Positions 26,606 to 33,626 of a stretch of 33,626 nt of DNA are shown piece after piece. The notes beneath the pieces are model-generated. The model had not been told where the DNA came from, searched no databases, and saw only the letters and a program-made list of their open reading frames with translations. Numbering within the stretch: the first letter of the stretch is position 1; the number at the start of each line of letters is the position of its first letter. Origin of the DNA: Verrucomicrobiota bacterium (GTDB taxonomy: Bacteria; Verrucomicrobiota; Verrucomicrobiia; Limisphaerales; JAYTXL01). The position numbers and the translations under genes are program-made. Location: assembly GCA_043740915.1 (NCBI GenBank), contig JAYUBJ010000549.1:1-33626 (forward strand), in the 5' to 3' direction.

Positions 26606-28449
26606 AGTCGCTCCTGAATTTTCGCGAGCATGTTGCCAGTTTTCGGCAACTCTTCATTTGGACGCTGCTCGTCGTGCCCGTGGGGATTTTCTCCGGCTCG
26701 GCCAGTGCGTTCTTCCTCTGGTCGCTCGACCGCGTGACCGGACTGCAATCGACCTACGGCTGGCTGCTCTTCCTCCTACCCCTCGCCGGCGTCGTTGTTG
26801 GCTGGACTTATCACCACGTCGGGAAATCGGCTGAAGGTGGCAACAACCTGATCCTCGATCAAATCCACGAGCCCGGCGGCGGTGTGCCGACCCGCATGGC
26901 TCCGTTGATTTTGGTCAGCACGCTTGTCACACACCTTTTTGGCGGGTCGGCCGGGCGCGAAGGGACCGCTGTGCAGATGGGGGGCAGCCTCGCAAGCGCC
27001 TACGGGCGGATTTGCAAATTTGGCGAGGATAACATGCGCGTGCTCCTCATGGCGGGCGTTGCGGCGGGCTTCGGGTCGGTGTTTGGCACGCCGCTCACCG
27101 GCGCGATCTTTGCGATGGAGGTTCTCGTGATCGGCCGGGTGCAATACGACGCGCTCATTCCCGTGCTGGTAGCGAGCGTGGTTGGAGATCTGACCTGCTC
27201 CGCTTGGGGCATCCACCATTCCCTGTACCACATCGGCATTGTCGATGGGGCCAGTCAGCGTGCGGGTTTCGACGGCATGTTGATGGCAAAGGTGGTGCTG
27301 GCGGCAATTGCGTTTGGCCTGACCAGCCAGCTTTTCGCCGAGCTCGCCCACGGTTTGGAGCATGGCTTCAAGAAGATCGCTCCTTCCGCTCCCTTGCGCG
27401 CCGCTTTGGGTGGGCTGTTGGTCATCGGCCTCGTTTATGTTGTCGGCACCCGCGACTACCTCGGGTTAGGGGTACGGTCGTCCGACCCCGATGTTGTCAC
27501 GTTGTTGTCGGCGTTCGCCCCGGGTGGAGCGCACGCTTGGAGCTGGTGGTGGAAATTGCTCTTCACTGCGGTCACGCTTTCCGCCGGATTCAAGGGAGGC
27601 GAAGTCACGCCACTTTTCTATATTGGCGCGGCACTTGGCAATACCCTCGCCGTGCTGCTTGGCGCCCCGGTGGACCTCTTCGCCGGTCTCGGCTTCCTCG
27701 CTGTATTTGCCGGAGCCACCAACACACCGCTGGCTTGCACGGTCATGGGCATTGAGCTGTTTGGCTCGCACTACACGGTGTATTTCGCGGTCGCGTGTTT
27801 TGTTGCTTACTTTTTCAGCGGCCATTCCGGCATCTACATGGCGCAACGCCTGGGGGTTTCAAAAAACAGACGCAACCACCTGCCGCCCGATCTCTCCCTG
27901 CGCGAAGTGCGCGCTATGCGCGCACAAACCAATGGGTATGCACTCACCGAATTCGTCGAACGACTTCCGTTTTTCTCCGACGCTTCTTCAAACCATGAAA
28001 CTATGAAAGACCATCATATCCACGCCCGAGAAATGGGCAAAATCCGTATCTATCTCACCCCCCGTGACCGCATTCCGGCCAAGGGTCTTTGGGACCGGCT
28101 AAATGCCAAACCCATCTATCGAGAAATCATCAAGGCGGCGAAGAAGGACGGCCTCAACAATGCCTCCGCGTTCATGACGCATTTCGGCTTCACCAACGGC
28201 GGCAAGATTCAAGCCGAGGGTGCGGAAATGCCCAACCCGAACCTCACCATGTGCGTCGAACTGATCGACCACAAGGACCAGTTGGAGGCGTTTTGCCGAC
28301 GGCATGGTGCGTTGCTCAAAGGGAAAACCATCGTCTACAAGCATGTCGAGCACTGGGATATCCGGGGTGGTGAACTGGTGGAAAAAGATGCCTCGCCCGA
28401 CGAAGTGATCGACGGACACAACGCAACCAAACTTCCGGCCAAAACATGA
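26602..28449 (+). CDS. CLC-F-type fluoride/proton antiporter fused to a C-terminal DUF190-like domain
   Basis: CLC fold in which GGNNLI replaces GSGIP, GREGT replaces GREGP and GGEVTPLFYIGA replaces GxFAP. These substitutions are recalled as characteristic of the fluoride-specific CLC clade. Residues 478-587 (KIRIYLTPRDR...KPIYREIIKAAKKDGLNNASAFMTHFGFT...CVELIDHKDQLEAF) parallel the free-standing DUF190 gene. GTGA overlap with the upstream stop. Confidence 0.88.
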   Translation: MKSLLNFREHVASFRQLFIWTLLVVPVGIFSGSASAFFLWSLDRVTGLQSTYGWLLFLLPLAGVVVGWTYHHVGKSAEGGNNLILDQIHEPGGGVPTRMAPLILVSTLVTHLFGGSAGREGTAVQMGGSLASAYGRICKFGEDNMRVLLMAGVAAGFGSVFGTPLTGAIFAMEVLVIGRVQYDALIPVLVASVVGDLTCSAWGIHHSLYHIGIVDGASQRAGFDGMLMAKVVLAAIAFGLTSQLFAELAHGLEHGFKKIAPSAPLRAALGGLLVIGLVYVVGTRDYLGLGVRSSDPDVVTLLSAFAPGGAHAWSWWWKLLFTAVTLSAGFKGGEVTPLFYIGAALGNTLAVLLGAPVDLFAGLGFLAVFAGATNTPLACTVMGIELFGSHYTVYFAVACFVAYFFSGHSGIYMAQRLGVSKNRRNHLPPDLSLREVRAMRAQTNGYALTEFVERLPFFSDASSNHETMKDHHIHAREMGKIRIYLTPRDRIPAKGLWDRLNAKPIYREIIKAAKKDGLNNASAFMTHFGFTNGGKIQAEGAEMPNPNLTMCVELIDHKDQLEAFCRRHGALLKGKTIVYKHVEHWDIRGGELVEKDASPDEVIDGHNATKLPAKT

Positions 28450-28715
28450 AACGACCGGGATGGATCATCGTGTTCTGCGGAGTGTTTCTCACCGCAACTG
28501 TCGCTACCGCGTTCGCGCTCACACTCGTGGCTACCCCGGTTGATACTGGCGAAGTTGGTTTCTTCGCACGCTGGTTGGGCAATGCAACCCATTATGGATG
28601 GGTTGCCGGGGTTGTTGTGACTGCTGTATTCGCGTTCCTGCGCCGGAAGCTCATCAGCCCTCTCCGGAACGACATTACGAAACCTTCGGGATCGTCCGAT
28701 GTTAATTCCCGGTGA
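28446..28715 (+). CDS. Hypothetical small membrane protein (two TM segments)
   Basis: ATGA overlap with the CLC stop. Hydrophobic segments WIIVFCGVFLTATVATAFALTLV and YGWVAGVVVTAVFAFL. Confidence 0.4.
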   Translation: MKRPGWIIVFCGVFLTATVATAFALTLVATPVDTGEVGFFARWLGNATHYGWVAGVVVTAVFAFLRRKLISPLRNDITKPSGSSDVNSR

Positions 28716-28765
28716 CGAGCCACACGCTTGTCGCCGGCCACGCCGTCTCCACTCAACATTCACCA

Positions 28766-30319
28766 ATGCCCCTGCGTAAATTGCTCCTCGTCGCCGCCAG
28801 TGCGGCCAGCTTCGTCACTGTCACCTACGGTGGTAATGCCAGACACGTTGTCGTCCTCGTGTGGGACGGCATGCGCCCTGACTTCGTGTCGGAAGCAAAC
28901 ACTCCTGCGCTCAGTCGCCTCATGCGCGACGGGGTATTTTTTCAAAATCATCATTCGACCTTCGTTAGCTCCACCGAGGTGAATGGCACCGCTCTCGCGA
29001 CAGGGGTTCATCCACGCACGAGCGGAGTCATGGCCAACAAGGAGTTTCGCCCGGCGATTGATCCTTCAAAGGCCGTGGCCATTGAGGAGGCGAAGACGGT
29101 CCGCAAAGGGGACGCGGTGAGTCACGACCGGTATCTTCAAGTGGCCACAGTAACGGAGATTTTGCGGGCGCAAACTCCGGCTCAAGCCACGGCCATTGCG
29201 GGGACAAAACCAGTGGCGATCCTGCTCGACCGCAAGGAGCGTCCCGCTAACTCGCCCTCGCGCCTGCTGTTCGAGGGTGAGACGCTTCCCGCGACTGCGT
29301 TAGCCAAAATCACGTCCGCGTTGGGCGCATTCCCGCCAATCGATAAGACTAAGATCGACCGTGATACGTGGACTGCCCGCGCGCTGCTGGAAGAATTCTG
29401 GTCGGATGGCGTTCCGCCTTTCTCGATGCTCTGGCTGGCCGAGCCCGATTGGTCACAACACGAAACCGGTCCCGGCTCCCCGACCTCGCTGGCCGCAATC
29501 AAGAGTTCCGACGACAAGCTCGCGATGGTTCTCAAGACCCTCGCAGACAGGAACGTTTTGGACGATACCGACGTGATGATTGTCTCCGATCACGGGTTTT
29601 CGACCATCGACCGGAACGCGGACCTGGCCGTGGATTTGTCAAAAGCTGGACTGACGACCGCGCGGACATTCGTGGGAAGGCCAACCCCTGGCACCGTGCT
29701 CGTCGTTGGCAATGGCGGTTCCGCCAATCTCTACGTGATCGGTCACGACGCAGCGGTGATTAAAAGGGCGGTGGAATCTCTGCAGGCGCAGGATTATACT
29801 GGGGTGCTTTTCACTCGCGATGGAATCGCCGGCACCTTCCCGCTCTCTCTCGCCAAAATTGATACGCCAGAAGCGCCCGACATCGTCGTGTCTTTTCGCT
29901 GGACCGCCGCTCGCAGCGCAACAGGGACCCCCGGTCTCATATTTTCGGAAACAGGCGGCGGCCGTGGTCCGGGCCAAGGCAATCACGCGAGTCTCAGCCG
30001 CTTCGATCTGCACAACACGCTAATCGCGGCGGGGCCTGATTTCCGCAAAGGCGTCACCGACCCGCTGCCGTCGGGGAATATCGATATAGCGCCAACCGTG
30101 CTATGGATTTTAGGCGTGCAACCGCCTGCGCCGATGGAGGGTCGCGTTCTGGCAGAGGCTCTGACGATTTCTGGCCCAAAGCTTCAATCGTTTGAAACCC
30201 TACGCCATGAAGTCACGAACGATCTCGGTGCGACCGTATGGCGACAGTATCTCACGATCAGCGAGGTGAACGGCGTGACTTATTTTGACGAAGGCAACGG
30301 CTTGGCGAAGCCCAAATAG
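28766..30319 (+). CDS. Secreted alkaline-phosphatase-superfamily nucleotide pyrophosphatase/phosphodiesterase (NPP type)
   Basis: Signal peptide MPLRKLLLVAASAASFVTVTYG. Motifs VVLVWDGMRPDF, SSTEVNGTALATGVHP, EPDWSQHETGPGSP, VMIVSDHGFS and GNHASL. An alternative GTG start at 28712 would overlap the upstream stop (GTGA). Confidence 0.8.
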   Translation: MPLRKLLLVAASAASFVTVTYGGNARHVVVLVWDGMRPDFVSEANTPALSRLMRDGVFFQNHHSTFVSSTEVNGTALATGVHPRTSGVMANKEFRPAIDPSKAVAIEEAKTVRKGDAVSHDRYLQVATVTEILRAQTPAQATAIAGTKPVAILLDRKERPANSPSRLLFEGETLPATALAKITSALGAFPPIDKTKIDRDTWTARALLEEFWSDGVPPFSMLWLAEPDWSQHETGPGSPTSLAAIKSSDDKLAMVLKTLADRNVLDDTDVMIVSDHGFSTIDRNADLAVDLSKAGLTTARTFVGRPTPGTVLVVGNGGSANLYVIGHDAAVIKRAVESLQAQDYTGVLFTRDGIAGTFPLSLAKIDTPEAPDIVVSFRWTAARSATGTPGLIFSETGGGRGPGQGNHASLSRFDLHNTLIAAGPDFRKGVTDPLPSGNIDIAPTVLWILGVQPPAPMEGRVLAEALTISGPKLQSFETLRHEVTNDLGATVWRQYLTISEVNGVTYFDEGNGLAKPK

Positions 30320-30565
30320 AATGATGACGAACTGGCTTCTTTTGCCCGATAGCTGCGCAGGTTTGAATCGTCGGCTACCACATGCGAGACCCGCACGCTT
30401 CATTGGGGTTTTGGCCCTCGCTCGTCCCAGTTCGCGTGCACTCCGCCCCTCAAGCGGACCAACCCGTCCCAAAATTCTTCACTTCCCTCTCACTGGCGCA
30501 GTATCCGTGTATCTTTACCCTGCTCCTCGCACTGATTGGCAAAGGTAAATAATCTTAGCGACCCC

Positions 30566-31831
30566 ATGAAAATCACCCGTCTCGTCATATCGTGTCTGGC
30601 TGCCGCCGTGCTCTCGGGCTCCGTCGCCCTTGGTGCCAACTCCGTGCTCTACTGGAACGCGCAGGTGCTCAACGCGACCCGCCTCGCGCGCAATCCCCCG
30701 CCGCTTGCTGCGCTGCACATGGCCACTTATCACGCGGCAATTTTCGACGCGGTGGATGGTATCGACCGCAAATGGCAACCCTGGCTGGTGGAGGAGACGG
30801 CCCCGGTGGGGGCCAGCATGGATGCCGCCATCGCGAGCGCTTCATTCACCGTGCTCAACGCGCTCTGGGGTCAGGCGAGCAATCCGCATAACTTTCAGGT
30901 CGCCTACGAAAAAGCGCTCGCGGATATTCCCGAAAGCCTGGCTAAAACCGATGGCGTCGCTTGGGGTAAACATGTCGCCGAAGCTATCCTCGCCCAGCGC
31001 GCCAAGGCCCTGGCCGTTCTTGCCAAGGCCCCGACTGGCCCTGTCACCAGCACGGAGCCCGGCAAATGGCGCGAGACCCCTCCGGGCTTCCGCCCGGCAG
31101 TGACTCCGCTCTTGGGGCAGGTCACGCCATTCGTCATGACCTCGTCCAGTCAGTTCCGCGCCCCGCCGCCACAACCTCTGGAGTCGAAGGACTACGCCGA
31201 CGAACTGGCGGTCGTGGCAAAAGTCGGGCCGCGCGATGGCGCGGAGCGCACGGAATATCAGACCCTCAGCACACCGTTTTGGGCTGACGATCTCGGCACT
31301 GATACTCCGGCAGGGCATTGGAACGTCGTGGCGGCCGACCTTGCACAACGTTTCAATTTGTCCGTGCCTGAGACCGCGCGACTTTTTGCGCTCCTCAACT
31401 TTGCCACCGCCGACGGCGGCATTTCGTGTTGGGAAACCAAGTTTTATTACAATGTCTGGCGTCCGGAAACGGCGTTGCGCGAGATTGATTCCAATGTGAA
31501 TCCGAATGCGGTCAAGAAAGCTGACTTTATTCCGAACATGGCCACGCCCGCGCATCCCGACTATACCTCGGGACACAGCACTTTCAGCGGCGCGGCAACC
31601 CGTGTGCTGGAACGGTTTTTCGGCAAGGATGACATCCAGTTCACGGTCGGCTCAGATGGTTTGCCAGGCGCGGTGCGCACCTATAAAAGTTTCTCCGAAG
31701 CCAGCCGGGAAGTCATGATGAGCCGGGTATGGGGTGGCATTCACACCATGTCGCCTAATGTCGAGGGACGAAAGTGCGGCATCCAGATTGCTGATTGGGT
31801 TTTTGAACACGCGCTGCAACCGCGACCATGA
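30566..31831 (+). CDS. Secreted PAP2-superfamily protein, vanadium-dependent haloperoxidase-like
   Basis: Signal peptide MKITRLVISCLAAAVLSGSVALGA. N-terminal helical region SVLYWNAQVLNA...LHMATYHAAIFDAV. Anion-pocket motifs KFYYNVWRP (K-x6-RP), YTSGHST (SGH) and SRVWGGIH (SR-x5-H). Confidence 0.8.
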   Translation: MKITRLVISCLAAAVLSGSVALGANSVLYWNAQVLNATRLARNPPPLAALHMATYHAAIFDAVDGIDRKWQPWLVEETAPVGASMDAAIASASFTVLNALWGQASNPHNFQVAYEKALADIPESLAKTDGVAWGKHVAEAILAQRAKALAVLAKAPTGPVTSTEPGKWRETPPGFRPAVTPLLGQVTPFVMTSSSQFRAPPPQPLESKDYADELAVVAKVGPRDGAERTEYQTLSTPFWADDLGTDTPAGHWNVVAADLAQRFNLSVPETARLFALLNFATADGGISCWETKFYYNVWRPETALREIDSNVNPNAVKKADFIPNMATPAHPDYTSGHSTFSGAATRVLERFFGKDDIQFTVGSDGLPGAVRTYKSFSEASREVMMSRVWGGIHTMSPNVEGRKCGIQIADWVFEHALQPRP

Positions 31832-32703
31832 ACGCTTCGCGGGAGGTGTCCAATCTCTCGATGCCATTGCCCGCTGCGGCCCACGGCTCCAATGAGCGGG
31901 CAAGCGCCGAGATTGCTTGGATTCTGCGCGTAGGCTTGGCGATGTGCTATATCGGCCATGGCGCATTTGGCATCATCACGAAACAGGCGTGGTTGCCGTA
32001 TTTTGCGGTGGCCGGCATCAATGAGCGCTCGGCCTGGCATCTGATGCCTTGGATCGGGACGATGGATGTTGCCATGGGATTCCTCGTGCTGGTTTGGCCC
32101 TGCCGCGCGCTGTTTGCGTGGGCGGCGTTTTGGACGGTGTGGACGGCGCTGCTACGTCCATTCGCTGGTCAGGGATGGCCGGAATTCTTTGAGCGCGCGG
32201 GTAACTATGGCGTGCCGGTGGCGCTTCTCACGGTTGTAGGTCTTGGCGCTCCATGGTTCGCGCGGCTATCCGAACACTGGTCCGAATTCTCCGCCACGGT
32301 GCGCAACCGGCTGGCGTGGACGTTGCGGCTCACCACCGCGACGCTTCTTGCCGGGCATGCAGCCTGCGGCGTCATTTTGCAGAAACCGTCACTGGCGCAT
32401 CACTACGCAGCCTTTTGGCCGGACAGCGCCGGGCGCGTGATGCTCGGGGTGGGCTGGGTTGAGTTCCTGCTCGCTATCGTTGTACTGACGATCCCATGGC
32501 CTGCGGTGCTCGTGGGCGTCTGCGTCTGGAAACTGGCGACGGAGTCGCTGTTCCTTCTGAGTGGCGCGCCCGTGCCGATTTTCGAGGTTTTGGAACGTGG
32601 AGGTAGCTTTGCGGCACCACTGGCTTTGGCCGTGATGATCGCGCGTGGTCGACTGCGCCCCGCTTCATCTCGTGTGTGGACCGATCAGGACGCTCTCGGG
32701 TAG
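31828..32703 (+). CDS. Hypothetical polytopic membrane protein made of two homologous halves
   Basis: ATGA overlap with the upstream stop. About 8 hydrophobic segments. The two halves share AW.LR...GH.A.G.I..K and ..ER.G....P.AL. Any DoxX-like resemblance is only tentative. Confidence 0.6.
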   Translation: MNASREVSNLSMPLPAAAHGSNERASAEIAWILRVGLAMCYIGHGAFGIITKQAWLPYFAVAGINERSAWHLMPWIGTMDVAMGFLVLVWPCRALFAWAAFWTVWTALLRPFAGQGWPEFFERAGNYGVPVALLTVVGLGAPWFARLSEHWSEFSATVRNRLAWTLRLTTATLLAGHAACGVILQKPSLAHHYAAFWPDSAGRVMLGVGWVEFLLAIVVLTIPWPAVLVGVCVWKLATESLFLLSGAPVPIFEVLERGGSFAAPLALAVMIARGRLRPASSRVWTDQDALG

Positions 32704-32842
32704 TTTATGGCGCCGAGTCGCCGTCCTTGCGGCTACCCGCAAAACGTCCTGAAAAAAGCCGAGAATGTCCAAGAATGTGCCGGGGCGTTTCGGGCATGAT
32801 GGATGAGGGTCGGTTCATCATAGGTGGGCCTTCCTCGTCACA

Positions 32843-33626
32843 ATGCTGACCAATCTCCTTCTCTCCGTGGGCAGTGCCTTTGCTGCTCTGGCATTCTGGA
32901 CCCGTGCGGGAATCCCCCGCCCGGTCGCCTATGCCCTCGGATTGCTGTCCCTCTGGCAGCTTCGCTGCGCGATGACTAGGCGCACGCAAGCACCGGCCAT
33001 TCTCCGGCTGGGGGGCTTCTCCTGGGATATGTTTAGTTTCTGTCGTGGCTGGCTCATCACCGGTCAGGTCGGCACGGGCAAGACCGTGGCCGCGATCAAT
33101 ACGATGCTCTGGCAGGTCTCGAAAAACTGCCCGACTTGGGGCGGCGTCTGCGTTGATGACAAAGGGCTCTATTGGGAAACGCTCTCACCGATGCTGGGGC
33201 ACCTCGGTCGGGCCGCCGATCTGATCCTTCTCGAAGTGCGACCCGAAAACGCGACGGCCGACTGGAAGCCAACGCACCGTTTCAACTTCTTGGACAATCC
33301 ACACCTGCCATGGTCGGCCAAGGCCAAGATTGTCTGCGACGTGGCTGCCGCGCTTGGGCAGCGCAGCGAACAGAGTTTTTTCAAAATGCAGGCACAGGTG
33401 CAGATGGAATTCGCGTTCAAGGCGCTGCACTGTGCTGAGCTGCCGGTGACATTGGAGAGCACCTATGATTTCCTGTCATCGGACAGCCTGCTCAAAGAAA
33501 TCATGGCGATGGTCGGAAAGAAGGACACCCGCGAGGCCCGTGCGCTCGTGGATCATTTCCAGGGAAACTTCCTGACGCAGCCGGCCGAGCAGCTCGGCGG
33601 CGTCAAGACGACCATCGCGAACTACC
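32843..33626 (+). CDS. Type IV coupling protein (TraG/TraD/VirD4 family), N-terminal part; 3' end outside window
   Basis: This gene is not in the supplied ORF track because it has no stop in the window. I translated it by hand: MLTNLLLSVGSAFAALAFWTRAGIPRPVAYALGLLSLW (two TM segments), then WLITGQVGTGKTVAAINTML (Walker A), then GGVCVDDKGLYWE. The frame is open from the stop at 32804 to the window end. Confidence 0.75.
   Translation, partial: MLTNLLLSVGSAFAALAFWTRAGIPRPVAYALGLLSLWQLRCAMTRRTQAPAILRLGGFSWDMFSFCRGWLITGQVGTGKTVAAINTMLWQVSKNCPTWGGVCVDDKGLYWETLSPMLGHLGRAADLILLEVRPENATADWKPTHRFNFLDNPHLPWSAKAKIVCDVAAALGQRSEQSFFKMQAQVQMEFAFKALHCAELPVTLESTYDFLSSDSLLKEIMAMVGKKDTREARALVDHFQGNFLTQPAEQLGGVKTTIANY

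Noticed and set aside
30320-30565. 246-bp intergenic region checked for a structured RNA (GCACGC...GCGTGC arms about 35 nt apart)
   Set aside because: It has only 6-bp arms and no resemblance to any riboswitch or sRNA consensus I know. It is probably just a promoter region.
32705-32989. 94-aa minus-strand ORF
   Set aside because: It overlaps the N-terminus (TM helices) of the hand-translated coupling-protein gene on the + strand and has no motif of its own.

Overview
High-GC window that reads as accessory cargo of a conjugative element. A 5'-truncated relaxase/helicase gene opens it (2..1519), and a type IV coupling protein gene (from 32843) runs off the 3' end and is absent from the supplied ORF track. 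About 30 genes lie between them, and all but one are on the + strand. I found no integrase, transposase, IS, tRNA or CRISPR. The cargo is modular. (1) An FTR1/ILT-type permease and a Cys-rich small protein precede an HME-RND tripartite efflux system (OMF-MFP-RND), which has two small trailing genes. (2) A divergent CsoR/RcnR-family repressor with a G-tract operator-like site faces an RcnA/NicO-like His-rich permease and a His-rich P1B-2 (Zn/Cd/Pb-type) ATPase. (3) An enolase C-terminal remnant carries an in-frame TAG. (4) A CusRS-type two-component system is followed by arnT- and arnC-like genes, a second OMF-MFP-RND set and an MFS transporter, many joined by overlapping stop/start codons. (5) A fluoride riboswitch precedes crcB, a DUF190 gene and a CLC-F-type antiporter whose C-terminus is a second DUF190-like domain. 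(6) Secreted phosphodiesterase (NPP-type) and PAP2/vanadium-haloperoxidase-like genes are followed by an internally duplicated membrane protein. The best candidates for undescribed biology are the arnTC pair embedded in a metal-sensing efflux operon, the CLC-F::DUF190 fusion, and the RcnA-like permease with a folded domain inserted in its His-rich loop. All calls rest on motif reading of the translations; no database search was possible.
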